In this document: positions 38,742 to 52,289 of the stretch, one piece after another
How the letters are laid out: each line of letters opens with the position of its first letter
Position numbering within the stretch: position 1 is the stretch's first letter
Assembly (NCBI RefSeq): GCF_004010195.1
Contig: NC_057719.1
Location: 19,145,347-19,209,346 of the forward strand
DNA length: 64,000 bases
From: Chiloscyllium plagiosum
Taxonomy: Eukaryota
Direction: 5' to 3'
Program-made: the position numbers and the translations under genes
Notes under the pieces: generated by a model
The model's database searches: none
What the model was told of the DNA's origin: nothing
What the model saw: only the letters and a program-made list of their open reading frames with translations

Positions 38742-40175
38742 ATAGAGTCATAGAGTCCTACAGCATGGAGACAGCATGGCCAACCTGGTCCATTCTGACC
38801 AAAATGTCCATCCACACTGACCCTATTTTTCTACACTTGGCCCATATCATTCTAAACCTTTCCGATCTATGTATTTGTCCAAATGCTTTTTAAATGTTGT
38901 TAATGTACCCACTTCAAACATCTCTACTGGCAGCTCATTCCATGTGCGTATCACCCTCTGTGTAAAAAAGTTGCTCCTCAGGTTCCTTTTATTCTTTCCC
39001 CTCTCATCTTAAACCTATACCCTCTAGTCCTAGATTTCCCAACCCTGGGAAAAAGACTGAGTGCATTCACCCTATCCATGCTTCTCATGATCTTATAAAA
39101 TACCCCCTCAATCTCTTACATGCTAAGGAAAGAAGTCCTAATTTGTCCAACCTCTCCCAATAACTCAGTCCCTTGAGTCCTGGCAACATCCTTGTAAATT
39201 TCTTCTGCACTCTTTCTAGTTTAATAACATCCTTCCTAGAGCAAGGTAGCTATAACTGATCACAATACTCCAAGTGCGGCCTCACCAATGTCCTATATAA
39301 TTGTAACATAACTTTCGAAAATCTATACTCAATTTCCTGACTGATGAAGGCCAATGTGCCAAAGCCTTCTTCACTGCCCTGTCTACCTGTGACTCCACTC
39401 TCGAAAACCGTGCACCTGAACTTCAAAGTCCCTCTGTTCCACTACACGTTTTAAGGCCCTACCATTCACCATGAAACTTCTACCTTGATTTGACTTTCTA
39501 AAATGCAGGACCTCACACTTATTTATATTCAACTCCTTTTGCCTTTTCTCGACTCTCTTCCCTAGCTGATCAAGATCCTGCTGCAACTTCTGAGAACTTT
39601 CCTCACTTCCCACGATAACGCCTATTTTAGTGCTTTCTGCAAACTTACTAATCACGCTTTGTACATTCCCATCCAAATCATTGATACAGATAACAAACAG
39701 CAATGGGCCGAGCACTGACCCGTAAGGCACACCACTAGTTTCAGGCCTCCAATCCTTCCACTATTACCCTCTGCTTCCATTGTGAATCCAATTTGCCAGC
39801 TCTCCTTGGATTTCATGCAATCTAACCTTCCAGAGCAGCCTACCATGTGGAAACTTATCAAAGTTCCTACTGAAATCCATATAGACCACATCAACTTCCC
39901 TGCCCTCTTCAACCTTCCTGGTCACTTCATCAAAGAACTCTTATTAAATTTGTGAGGCATGATCTCCCATGAACAAAGCCATGCTGACTACTCCTAATCA
40001 GACCCTGTCTTTCCCAAGCATGTATACATTATCCCTGATAATCTTCTCAAGTAACTTACCTACCACAGAAGTTAGACTTACTGGTCTACAGTTCTGAGGC
40101 CTTTCTTTGCAACCCTTCTTGAACAAGGGCGTAACATTTGCTACCCTTCAGTCTTCCGGGACCTCACCCATGGCT
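38742..40175 (-). mobile_element. CR1 LINE RT and 3' end
   Basis: PYGSVLGPLLFVICINDLD...SKFAESTK; (GACTCTAT)-like tail. Confidence 0.9.
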
Positions 40176-40184
40176 AATTCCCTG

Positions 40185-40390
40185 GATACTATGGGCAACT
40201 TAGCATGGCCAATCCACATAACCTGCATATCTTGGGACTGTGGGAGGTAATAGGAGCACCTAAAGGAAACCTACACAGACACAGGGAGAAGGTGCAAACT
40301 CCACGCACACAGTTGCCTGAGGCTGGAATCGAACCAGGGTTCCTGGCAGTGTGAAGCAGCAGTGGTAACCATTGAGCCACCATGCCACCC
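40185..40390 (-). mobile_element. HE1-type tRNA-derived SINE
   Basis: A box TGGCTCAATGG and B box GGTTCGATTCC on the - strand. Confidence 0.8.
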
Positions 40391-40439
40391 AAATGCTTCA
40401 TTTCCTTTTAAACAAAAATGTATGTCTAATTCCTTCTGG

Positions 40440-41810
40440 AAAACATTCAATCTTTTGGCTTCAACTCATTTCTGTAGCAAAGAATTCTAGTCTCAGTAGT
40501 CGCTAGGTAATGGTCTACCCTGTACCTTTAGACTGTAATCCCTAGTTCTGTTTTGGACTCCCCAGTCATTGCATACATCCTTCCTATGTTTCATATGTCA
40601 AGCTTGTCATCCCAGGAATCAATCTAGTAAGCCTTCATTGTATTCCCTCCTTGCCAGAACATCCTTCCTCAAATAAGGAGACTAAAACTGCACCCAATAT
40701 TCCAGGAGTGGTCACACCAAGGCCCTACATAATTGCAGCAAGACATCCTTGCTCCTGTACTTGAATCCTCTCACTATAAAGGCCAACATACCATTGACCT
40801 TCTTGACCATCTGCTGCACCTGCATGCTCATTTTCAGCAACTTGTATGCAATGACACCAGGTCGCATTGCACCTCCTCCTTTTCCAATCTATCACCAATC
40901 AGATAATAACCCATCTTCCTGTTTTTGCCACCAAAGTAGACAATCTCACATTTATCAACATATACGCCATCTGCCATGCATTTGTCCACTTACTCGATTT
41001 GTCCAAATTGCACTGAAATACTCTGCATCCCCTTCACATTTCATTCTCCCACCCAGCTTTGTGTTTGTCTGAAAACTTGAAGATATTACCTTTAGCTCTG
41101 TCATCTAAATGATAAATATACATTGTGAAACTTTGATCTCTGTGGTACCCCACTGATAACTGGCTGCCACTGTGGGCGGCATGGTGGCACAGTGGTTAGC
41201 ACTGCTACCTCACAGCGCTGGAGACCTGGGTTCAATTCCCGCATCAGGCGACTGACTGTGTGGAGTTTGTGCACGTTTCCCTGTGTCTGTGTGGGTTTGC
41301 TCTGGTTTCCTTCCACAGTCACAAAGATGTGCAGGTCAGGTGAACTGGCCATGCTAAATTGCCCATAGTGTTAGGTAAGGGGTAAATGTATGGGTGGGTT
41401 GCGGGTCAGTGTGGACTTGTTGGGCCGAAGGGCCTGTTTCCACACAGTAATGTAATCTAATCTAAAAAAAAGACCTATTTATTCTTACGCTGTGATCCCT
41501 GTTTGTAAGTCAGTTCTTTATGCATGCCAGTACAGTACTCCAATCCTATGCACTCGACCTTTACATTCTAACCTTTCATGTGGGACCTTCTGAAAGCCCA
41601 AGTAAACCACATTCACTGGCTCCCACTATCGACCCTACTCATTACAGTCTTGAAAAATTCCAGTAGATTTGTCAAATGTAATTTTCCTTTGGTAAATCCA
41701 TGCTGATTCTGTCCACTGTTTTCAAAGTGCTCTGCTATTACGCCTTCTATAATGTATGCCAGCATTTCCCCTACTACTGATTCAGGCTAGCAAGTGTATA
41801 ATTCCCTATT
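40440..41810 (-). mobile_element. Older CR1 fragment, interrupted by a SINE
   Basis: WQPVISGVPQ and downstream CR1-like sequence. Confidence 0.7.
41174..41465 (+). mobile_element. Full-length HE1-type tRNA-derived SINE
   Basis: A box TGGCACAGTGG (41185-41195), B box GGTTCAATTCC (41229-41239), CR1-like 3' tail ending (taatc)n. Confidence 0.88.
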
Positions 41811-41889
41811 TATTTTTCTGCTGCCTTTATTGTTCAGGTTGCTCAGATTTGAAAAATTAACTTGTTTTTATTTGAAGCTCTAAGCTATT

Positions 41890-42038
41890 CATTTTGCATT
41901 AAGTCTGCTGTGAGAAAATATTATATTCAAAGCAGGTTAGACGAGTCTTTGGGGAAAAAAGGGCTTGATCGAAAGGGATTGGGATTTTGGTATGACAATG
42001 GATAAGGAATTTCACAAAAATGCTGATCCTTAAGGCAG
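41890..42038 (+). pseudogene. Possible dynein pseudogene exon, C-terminal domain
   Basis: LV*QWIRNFTKML (compare 'LxxWxxDLxxR') ending at a strong CAG|gtaagt donor. 42130-42310 may be a further exon. Confidence 0.35.
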
Positions 42039-43144
42039 GTAAGTCAGTATACTGAGGAAAGAATGCTGATTGAATGAAGATATAATGAAAAAATTGAATC
42101 ATAATATCCCACTGAGAGTAGTTACCTGAGGTTGCTTGTGATTCTGTGTTGCTGGCATAATTGGACGTCTCAACAGATGCAAAGCGAAAATCGAGCCATT
42201 GTGCAGTTCTATCGACCCTCAACCTAATGAACACCAGAAATGCAAGTGCAATTTGGCCAGAGTTAAAGGTGGTCTGATATGAATATCCCATTTTCCATCT
42301 TGACTGACCAGATTGTGTAGAGAGCAGGGAATGGAACAGCAGCCTGCCATCTGCTAGATGGGGATCAAATAATAGGTTTCAGAGTCCCTAATTAAACAAA
42401 ATTGCAATCTCGCTGCCAATTCTGACCACATAGTATTAAATTTGGCCTGAGAAAGCTTCCATTGGACCAGCCAATGACAGATGGTGGGGTGTTGTTGTTA
42501 TGCCTTGGGAGAAAGTCAAGTGAAAGTCCAATGTCAGGTATAAAAAGTCAAATATAACTGCTGATGAAAGTGGCAAATCCCTGGGGGACAACTGCAAGTG
42601 AACAGCAAGGGTTCCTCCAGGTTACGTAAATGCAGTGTTTGTATTTTACTGTGACATGTTTAAAAAGAAAAGAACTTGGGGGCTGGGGAAATACTTCTTG
42701 GAATGAATTCTTCATTCAGCATAATCCTGGGTGTTAATAGATCAGCAGCCATTTCCCACAATTTTTTATATACAATGGACTGGACTTGTTTTCTGTGGCC
42801 TCCCAAAATGAACCGTGATCTTTTTTTCTTAGAAGAAAGATTTCTTAAACATTATCTTTGTTTTTCTAACAAAAACTTGCCCTTTATGAAAATTCCTTTA
42901 AATGCAATTTACACTGTCGTCCTCTGTAATTAAAGTCGCATTTTACTTGCATTTACAGCTTAAAAATAATGAGGAACAAAGGAGAGTTTCTACTGCCCAC
43001 TATAATGCATGTTTATACAAAGTTAACTTAGCTTTCTGATGGCAACCTTCAGTGATCCATTTAAGGGCTTCAATTGCCCACCAGACAACAAAGCTGCAAA
43101 TTGCTGCTGCCATCACATGTAACCAATGCTTGAAAAGGGGGAGA

Positions 43145-43376
43145 AGGTGAGGACGGTAGAAGTTGGGAATCAGAGTCGAGAGTGCAGTGCTGGAAAAGCA
43201 CAGCCAGTCAGGCAGCATCCGCAGAGCAAGAAAATTGAAGATTTGGCCATATGCCCTTCATCAGGAATGAGGCTTGTGGGCCAGGGTTCTGAAAGATAAA
43301 TAGGAAAGGGGGGGGGTGTGGGTTAGGTCTGGGGGGAAGGTAGCTGAGAATGTGATAGGTAGATGAAGATGGGGGA
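43145..43376 (-). mobile_element. Family A PLE terminus
   Basis: Homology to 52100-52285. Confidence 0.75.
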
Positions 43377-43377
43377 G

Positions 43378-46140
43378 AACATAGAACATAGAAAAGTACA
43401 GCACAGAACAGGCCCTTTGGCCACAATGTTGTGACAAGATTAATCCAAATATAAAATAAAATAACTTAACCTACACACCCCTGAATTCACTGCTAGCCAT
43501 GAGCATGTCCAGCAGTCGCTTAAATGTCCCCAATGACTCTGCTTCCACCACCACCACTGGCAATGCATTCCATGCATTCACAATTCTCTGTGTAAAGAAT
43601 GTTCCTCTGACATCCCCTCTATACCTTTCTCCTAATGTCTTAAGAACTATGACCCCTCGTGCCAGTCAATCCTGCCCTGCTGAAACATCTCTGGCTATGG
43701 ACTCTATCCATGCCTCTCATTACCTTGTATAACTCGATCAGCTGGAAGGTATGAAGAGTGGTTAGGGAAGCCGGAGGGTGGGTAGGGTTCAACAGTACGG
43801 TTTGAGGCTTGGCTTTGCTGTTGCTCTCCCTTGTAAAATGGCTGTTTCTTTGTATACAGCTGTCAATGTTAACTTTTTTTTTGAAAACTGTGTATTGTTT
43901 ATTAAAATAATATACCTCGATCAGGTCACCTTTCTTCCTCCTTCTCTCCAGAGACAAAAGTCCAAGCTTAGTCAACTTCTCTTCATAAGGCAAGCCCTCC
44001 AGTCCAGGCAACATCCTGGTAAACCTTCTTTGCACTCTATATCTTTCCTATAGTAGGGCGACCAGAACTGGACACAACATTCCAAGTATGGTCTCACCAG
44101 GGACTTGTAGAGCTGTAGCAAAACCTCGCGGCTCTTAAGCTCAATCTCCCTGTTAATGAAAGCCAAAACACCAAATGCTTTCTTAACAACTCTATCCACT
44201 TGGGTAGCAATTTTGAGGGATCTATGTACTTGAACTCCAAGTTCCCTCTGTTCCTCCACACTGCCAAGAATCCTGCCTTTAATCCTATATTCAGCGTTTG
44301 AGTTCGACCTTCCCAAATGCATCACTTCACTTTTATCCAGGTTGAACTCCGTCTGCCATTTCTCAGTCCAGCTCTGCATCCTGTCTATGTTGCGCTGCAG
44401 CCTGCAATAGCCCTCAATACTATCAACATCTCCAATCTTTGTGTCATCTGCAAATTTACTAACCCAACCCTCAACCTCCTCATCCAAGTCATTTATAAAA
44501 ACTACAAAGAGCAGAGGCCCAAGAACAAAGCCCTGCGGGACCGCACTCAACACTGACCTCCAGGGAGAATACTTTCCATCTACAACCACTCTCTGCCTTC
44601 TGTCAGTTAACCAATTCTGAGTCCAGATAGCCAAATCTCCCTGTATCCCTTCTTGAAAAGAGGAACAACATTCGCCTCCTTCCAATCCCCCGGTACGACT
44701 CCTGTGGAGAGTGAAGAGGAAAATATCCTTGCCAGTGGCTTAGCAACCTCCTTTCTCACTTCCCAGAGCAGCCTAGGATAAATCTGGCCTGGCCCTGGGG
44801 ACCTATTAAACTTAATGTTCACCAAAATTTCCAGCACATCAACTTCATTAGTCTTGATCTGTTCAAGCCTGTATCCCAGCTCCTCAAAGTTCTCATTCAC
44901 AACAAGGTCCCTTTCCTTAGTGAAAACCAAGCAAAACACTCATTTAGGGCTTCCCCTTTCTGCTCAGACTCCACACACAAGTTCCTTATGCTATCCCTGA
45001 TTGGCCCTCCCTTCTCCCTGATCATTTTCTTATTCCTCACGTATGAGTAAAATGCCTTTGAGTTCCCCCTAATTTTTCTTGCCAAGCCTTTTTCATGCCC
45101 CCTCCTGGCTCTCCTCAGGCCATTTCTGAGCTCCTTTCTAGTAAGTCTGTAATCATCTAAAGCTGTGCTAGATCCTTGCTTCCTCCACCTTATGTAAGCT
45201 GCCTTCTTCCTTTTGCCGAGAAGCTTCTCTGTTCTCGTCATCCAAGGTTCCTTAATCTTACCCCTTCTTACCTGTCTCAGAGGAACAAATTTGTGCATCA
45301 CTCGCAACAACTGCCCCTTAAATAGTCTCCACATGTCTGTTGTGCCCTTTCTGTGGAACAATTGCTCCCAGTCTGTACTTCCCAACTCCTGTCTAATAAC
45401 GTAATTTCCTTTTCCCCAGTTAAATATCTTCCCTTGGTGACTGCTCCTTTCCTTCTCCAAGGCTATGGTAAATGTGACACAGTTGTGATCACTGTCACCA
45501 AAGTGTTCTCCCACTGCAAGACCTGACACCTGTCCTGGCTCATTGCCGAGCACCAAATCCAAAATGGCCTCTCCTCTCGTCGGTCTGTCTACATGCTGAG
45601 TAAGGAAACCCTCCTGAATACACCTGACAAAAATGGCTCCATCCAAAGCATCTGCATTAAGGAGGTTCCAGTCAATATTGGGAAAGTTGAAATCACCCAT
45701 AACAACAACCCTGCTACATCTGCATTTTTCCAAAATCTATCAGCCTATGAGTTTTTCAATCTCTCTACTGCTATTAGGGGGTCTGTAGAAACCCCCCAAT
45801 GAGGTGGCTCTTCCCTTGCTGTTCCTAACTTGCACTCGTACTGACTCGGTAGACATTTGTTTCTGTAGCTGTGATGCACTCTCTGATTAGCAATGCTATA
45901 CCCCCTCCTCTTTTTCCACCCTCCCTGTTCTTTTTAAATGTTCTAAACCCTGGAACATCAAGCAACCGTTCCTGCCTCTGTGAAATCTACATCTCCATTA
46001 TGGCCACAACATCATAGCCCCAAGTACTGATCCATACTCTTAAATTCATCACGCTTACATCCTTGCATTAAAGCAGACACACTTTAAATGATCCCTTTGT
46101 TTCATTGGGTGAGAAACCTTCCCGATAGATTGACTACATC
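43378..46140 (-). mobile_element. CR1 LINE ORF2 (APE endonuclease plus RT), internally deleted
   Basis: VVVMGDFNFP...ILDLVL...SDHN; VPQGFVLGPLLF...KFADDTK; (TTCTATG)n tail at 43378-43392. Confidence 0.95.
43742..43910 (+). mobile_element. Short retro-insertion inside CR1
   Basis: 14-bp TSD tata(a/c)ctcgatcag (43728-43741 and 43911-43924); ends in ATTAAAATAA. Confidence 0.7.
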
Positions 46141-46164
46141 CTGTCACTGCACCATTTGCAACTG

Positions 46165-46545
46165 CAGGTGATAGGTCAGAGAGGAGGGTGGAGCGAATAG
46201 ATGGGAAAGGCGATGGGATCGAGAGGGTAGGGCTGGTTTGGAGGCTTGGGACTGGGAAACCGTGAAGGGAGGGGAACAGATGAACCTAGTGAAATCCACA
46301 TTGATCCTGTGAGGTTGCAGGGTCCCAATGCGGAAGATGGGGCGCACTTCGTCCAGGTGTCAGGTGGTTAGGGTTTGTCGATGGAGGAAGTCCAGGACAT
46401 GTGTTGAAGTGTTCAGCCACGGGGCAGTGGGGTTGATGGGTGCGGATGTCCCAGTGGTGTTCTCTGAAATAATCCGCAAGTTGACGTTCTGTCTTGCCGA
46501 TGTAGAGACCACATAAGGTGCAACAGATACAGTAGATGAGAGGCA
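46165..46545 (-). mobile_element. PLE GIY-YIG fragment
   Basis: IYCICCTLCGLYIGKTERQLADYFREH. Confidence 0.85.
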
Positions 46546-46787
46546 AAAGATTTAAAAGGGACTTTAAGGGAAACATTTTCATTCAGAGAGTGGTGCATGT
46601 ATGAAATGAACTGCCAGAGGAAGTGGTGGAGGCTGGTCCAATTACAACATTCAAAAGGATGATTATATGAATAGGAATGGTTAAGAGGGATATGGCAAAT
46701 GCTGGAAAATGGGACTAGACTTATTTAGAATATCTGGTCAGCAAGGACGTGTTGGACAAAGAGTGTTTCCATCTCTTTGACTCTATC
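46546..46787 (+). mobile_element. CR1 3' end
   Basis: RFKRDFKGNIF...NELPEEVVEAG. Confidence 0.8.
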
Positions 46788-47114
46788 AGCATACTCAAAC
46801 TCTAAAAGGTCTTGGTTTCATCCTTAAAAATTGGTAACCTTGACTTTTGTTTTCTAAAATGGCTGATCTATTTCTTCCTGATTTTTTCTATGTATTTGTG
46901 TGTTGGCTTTTTAAGACCTGAGTGTCTCTGGGCTATTGAATAGGCTTTCATTGCCCAATGTACATTCACAAAATCATTTTTTTAAAAAAAGTGATCACTT
47001 TTTTTTAAACTGCCCCTCTCTGAGAGCTTCAGGTTCACTGTTCATTTATGTGTCTTTATTTTATCTCACAGGGGCTTGGCTATTTTCTGAAAGTCAAGTC
47101 GTCAGAGTCTCAAA

Positions 47115-47500
47115 GAATCATAGTCATCCAGCACGGAAACAGACCCTTCGGTCCAACCAGTCCATGCCAACCAGAATTCCAAACTAAACTAGTCCCACCT
47201 GCCTAAACTTGACGCATTTCCCTCCAAACATTACTTATTCAAGTCCTTATCTGAATGTCTTTAAATGTAACTGAATCCACATCCACCACTTCCGCTGGAA
47301 GTTCATTCCATATACAAACCACTCTCTGTGTAAGAAAAAAAAATGCCCCTCATGTCTTTTTAAACTCTTTTCTCCTATCACGTTTAAAATATGCCCCCCT
47401 CCGCCAATCTTGAAATCCCATACCCTAGGAAAAAGACACCAGCCACTCACCTTATCTATATCCCTCATTATTTTATAAACCTCCAAAAGGTCACCCCACA
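47115..47500 (-). mobile_element. CR1 3' end
   Basis: GDLLEVYKIMRDIDKV. Confidence 0.8.
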
Positions 47501-48604
47501 CCATCCTACCCATACATTTCTACAACGTTTTCTCAGAATTTTGTGGCACTTATTCAAAATGATATTTACAGTGCATTTTATTCACACTGAAGTAATTTAT
47601 TCATAAATTGGTCACTTTTATAATGCTTATCACACTCCTATATTTAACAATAGGAAAAACGATACATCATTCTGCCTGTCTTGCATGTAACAAACAAATA
47701 CAACTTGCCTCAGTTACAGCAAAACACTTGGTATTATGTGTTTTGTGTTTCAAACTTTCAAATTAGGTTTTCACTTGTTTTCTCATAGTAATCAACTTTC
47801 TCCTTCTTTCACCCTGGCCCTTAAAACCTACCAATTTCGCTGTTGATTTGTCACACTCCCAATACAGTTTAACACAAACGTGTACATTAATAATCTCTCA
47901 GATATAAAATATACTTATTAATGTATTCACTGGAGTATTGTGTTTCAATTCCCACAGTCTATTCAGTAATAGACAAATAAAGCACCAGGAACCATGTTGC
48001 CTCTGAGCTTCATGCCTGCCAACCAAGCTAACACCATGCACGTGAAAAGTATTAGATGCCTTGTGAAACAATAATATGTCTCTAGGCTGGTTTACATTGA
48101 CAACTGATCCTGCTTGATGTGGCTGTGCACGCGACTACGACAGCAACAGATGGGTTTGCACCCTGTAAGTGGGCAGTGGAGAAGATCAGGAGCTGTCATT
48201 TGAGTTTGTTTGACACAGCGCACTGGTCGGATAAGTTATGGGGTGGGGAATGGGAGCTTGGTGGGCGCAAATATTTGCTTCTGAGACCATTTTCTACAAT
48301 TATTGCAGTTCTGAAGGGTCACTAGATGTTACCGCTGCTTTCTCTCCACTGATGTGGAGTCTCTCCAACAGTTTGTTATTGTTTGAGATCTTCAGCATTC
48401 AGCAGTTGTTTCATTTTCATGGTACAATTATTTATTTAATACGATTTGACTGATGTCCCAGAAATGCATGAAAAACTGAATCATATTTTTGAAGGACCAG
48501 CGACTCAAGGGTTATGAATTGCAGATGAGGAAGTGCAGTTGAAGCCATAACCACATGAGCCATGGTCTTATCAAATGGTATAGCAGACTCGAAGAGGAAA
48601 TGGG

Positions 48605-49682
48605 ATTCTGGATCAGTGGTGCTGGAACAGCACAGCAATTCAGGCAGCATCCGAGGACAGGCAAAATCGACGTTTCGGGCAAAAGCCCTTCATTAGGAAT
48701 AAAGGCAGGGAGCCTGAAGCGTGGAGAGATAAGCTAGAGGAGNNNNNNNNNNNNNNNNNNNNNNNNNNNNNNNNNNNNNNNNNNNNNNNNNNNNNNNNNN
48801 NNNNNNNNNNNNNNNNNNNNNNNNNNNNNNNNNNNNNNNNNNNNNNNNNNNNNNNNNNNNNNNNNNNNNNNNNNNNNNNNNNNNNNNNNNNNNNNNNNNN
48901 NNNNNNNNNNNNNNNNNNNNNNNNNNNNNNNNNNNNNNNNNNNNNNNNNNNNNNNNNNNNNNNNNNNNNNNNNNNNNNNNNNNNNNNNNNNNNNNNNNNN
49001 NNNNNNNNNNNNNNNNNNNNNNNNNNNNNNNNNNNNNNNNNNNNNNNNNNNNNNNNNNNNNNNNNNNNNNNNNNNNNNNNNNNNNNNNNNNNNNNNNNNN
49101 NNNNNNNNNNNNNNNNNNNNNNNNNNNNNNNNNNNNNNNNNNNNNNNNNNNNNNNNNNNNNNNNNNNNNNNNNNNNNNNNNNNNNNNNNNNNNNNNNNNN
49201 NNNNNNNNNNNNNNNNNNNNNNNNNNNNNNNNNNNNNNNNNNNNNNNNNNNNNNNNNNNNNNNNNNNNNNNNNNNNNNNNNNNNNNNNNNNNNNNNNNNN
49301 NNNNNNNNNNNNNNTTTGCGAAGGTTGGTAGGGTGGAAGGTGAGCACTAGGGGCGTTCTGTCCTTGTTGCGGTTGGAGGGGTTGGGTCTGAGGGCGGAGG
49401 TGTGGGATGTGGATGAGATGCGTTGGAGGGCATCTTTGACCACGTGGGAAGGGAAATTGCGGTCTCTAAAGAAGGAGGCCATCTGGTGTGTTCTATGGTG
49501 GAACCGCTCGGAGCAGATACGGCGGAGGCGGAGGAATTGGGAATACGGGATGGCATTTTTGCAAGAGGTAGGGTGGGAAGAGGTGTAATCCAGGTAGCTG
49601 TGGGAGTCGGTGGGTTTGTAGAAGATGTCAGTGTCAAGTCGGTCGTCACTGATGGAGATGGAGAGGTCCAGGAAGGGGAGGG
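48605..49682 (-). mobile_element. Young family A PLE spanning the assembly gap
   Basis: LPFLDLSISI...FYKPTDSHSYLDYTSSHP...IPYSQFLRLRRICS; terminus at 48605-48742. Confidence 0.9.
48743..49314. other. Assembly gap (572 N)
   Basis: Run of n. Confidence 1.
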
Positions 49683-51244
49683 AGTTGGCCCATTCGAACA
49701 TAAATCTGTTTTAGAATTAGAAGCAAAGAATAACAGAATCAGCTGTACCGCAGATGTAGCAAATGGGGAAAGTGGTAATTAGGAGACATATTAGTATAAG
49801 ACCGAGCATTTTAATAAGACTTAGTAAAATGATTTTTGGACCAGTTAGCTTCAGACAAACTAATTATGTACAGGGGTGGGGAAAAAAAAAATAAGGAATG
49901 CTGCTTTGGAGATGAAAGAATTTATCATGGAGAGAGTACAAGTTGAGTTTATCACTCAAACTTTTTGTGATGCCTGCCCTTACTAAAGACGACCCTATTA
50001 GTATTTGCTTGTAAACACACACAAGCCAATTAGTTCACAAAGAAACCTAACAAAATTTAGGCTCAACTTTTTGTATATAGCAATACTATGTTAATCACAA
50101 ATCCACGCATGCAGATGAGGCTAGAAACAGCTAGACAACTAGGCTATGACTCAAAACATTTTATTCAATGCATTCTACAGCACACAATAGAAGAGGCTGT
50201 AAGCAAAGTATACTGAGTAAACAATGACAATCTCAATGTGCATACTAAACTAGCGCTTTCCCTCACATCTTATTAAATTTTATTTAAGTATGATGCTTCT
50301 GTATAAAATGAGAATTAATATTGACTTCAATAAGACTCTTCCTGCACACTCCAGTTCCAAAGAAGAGTGATGAACAAAGGGAAGTACAGCAGAGGAACGG
50401 GCCCTTTGGTCCTCCAAGCCCATGCCGATCATCATGCCCTAATTAAACCAGAAAAAAAAACAAATCTTTTATTCAGTCCACAATTGGACTTTATGTTGTA
50501 GAAAAAGGGAGGAGGTAACAAGTGAACAGATGCTTAAGATGATTCAAAGCCAAAGGCAAATGGAGTGCTAAATATAGTAGTGTAGAGATTTCTCGGTGTC
50601 TGATCCCAGCTCTGTCTTACTGCATATGATTTCAATTTACTTTTACAGAGGACAGGCATGGACCTCATCAGTTCTGCAAAGTTTTCCACCTCATAATTCC
50701 CCGCTGTCCTGGCAGACATCACTTCCTCGTAGTGTGGCTATTTTTTTCTCCTCTTCAGAGTCTCTTCTTAACTACTTTCACGATTCTTCTGACTGTTTAC
50801 ATCAGTTCTACAATTTCTAGCTAAATCACCTCCATCCATCATAATGGCATATGCTCTCTGCTGCTTCCTTGAAAGAAAGTCTGAACATTCCCCACTTACT
50901 ATCACTTTCCTCTGCTTTGCTTATTCACAATTTTTGATCAATTTCTACTTTAAGTCATCTCAAAGTAAAGAAGTGCCCTGGCTGTGGTACTTGCCTGATT
51001 GTCTCTTTGTGGGCTATGTGGTGCAATCCATATTCCAGTCCTGCTCCAGTTCCCTCCCACAACTTCCTCCAATGCACCAGTGTAACTTTCTGCACTCACC
51101 CAGATTTGGAAAAATTAATCAAATCTGCTTCCAAAGTCCATGCATCTCACACCTCCATCTTTAACTCTTCACTTTGTTGGCTTCACAGTTTCCATTTTTG
51201 GGTAATGGACTAATTACAGACTAACCCACTCCTATTTTCCCTGT

Positions 51245-52285
51245 CGATGGCCTCCTTCTTTAAAGACCATAATTTCCGTTGCCACGTGTTTGAAGATGCC
51301 CTCCAATGCATCTCATCCACATCCCTGCACCTCCGCCCCACCCCAATAACCACAACAAGGACAGAGCCCCCCTGGTACTCACCCTCCACCCCACCAACCT
51401 CGGCATAAACCGCATCATGTGCCGACATTTCCGCCACCTACAACTGGACTCCACCACCAGGGATATATTTCCCTCCCCACCCTTATCCACTTTCCGCAAA
51501 GACCATTCCCTCCGTAACTACCTGGTTAGGTCAACGCCCACAACAACCCACCCTCCCCTCTTGGCACTTTCCCTGCCACCGCAGGGATTGCAAAACCTGT
51601 GCCCACACCTCCAGCCAAGGCCCCAAAGGAGCTTTCCACATCCAAAGTTTCACCTGCACATCCACCAATGTCACTTATTGTAACCGATGCTTCCTGTGCG
51701 GTCTCCTTCACATTGGGCAGACTGGACACCTTCTCGCAGAGTGCTTTAGGGAACATCCTGGGACACCCGCACCAATCAACCCCACCACCCCGGGCCCAAA
51801 CATTTCAACTCCCCTCCCCCCACTCTGCTGAGGACATGCAGGTTCTGGGCCTCCTCCATCACCGCCTGATGCCTGGAGGAAGAACACCTCATCTTCCACT
51901 TCAGAACACTTCAACCCCAGGGCATCAATGTAGACTTCACCAGTTTCATTTCCCCTCCCCCCACCTTACCCCAGATCCAACCTGCCAGCTCAGCACCATC
52001 CTCATGACCTATCCTGCCAATCTTCCTTCCCACCTATCCACTCCATCCTCCTCTCCGACCTATCACCTTCATCCCCACCTCCAACCATCTTAGCTACCTT
52101 CTCCCCAGCCCCACCCCCTCCCATTTATCTCTCTATGCCAGAGGCTCCCTGCCTCATTCCTGATGAAGGGCTTTTGCCCGAAACATCGATTTTCCTGCTC
52201 CTCGGATGCTGCCTGAGCTGCTGTGTTTTTCCAGCACCACTTTAATCTGGACTCCGATCTCCAGCATCTGCAGTCCTCACTTTCG
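51245..52285 (+). mobile_element. Family A PLE 3' part
   Basis: NKDRAPLVLTLHPTN, GIY-YIG remnant, terminus. Confidence 0.88.
52156..52191 (+). ncRNA. Minimal hammerhead ribozyme motif (family A)
   Basis: attc-CTGATGA-A-GGGC tttt GCCC-GAAA-ca-TC-gatt. Confidence 0.6.
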
Positions 52286-52289
52286 CATA

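Noticed and set aside
41174..41245. tRNA gene
   Set aside because: The A/B boxes belong to the head of a SINE that continues into a SINE body and CR1-like tail.
1964..42291. Long - strand ORFs in unique DNA (1964-2305, 10693-11049, 21379-21639, 26660-26983, 27899-28123, 28340-28777, 41899-42291), first read as a decayed RGS22/RGSL1-like gene
   Set aside because: The resemblances were scattered and not in a convincing order. The same intervals give collinear dynein motifs and splice donors on the + strand, so these are antisense shadow ORFs.
48640..49701. 353-aa ORF in the ORF track
   Set aside because: Artefact of reading through 572 N; the flanks are Penelope sequence.
50534..51213. Several 60-106 aa ORFs on both strands
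   Set aside because: No recognisable motif or consistent splice-site pair; lengths are compatible with chance.
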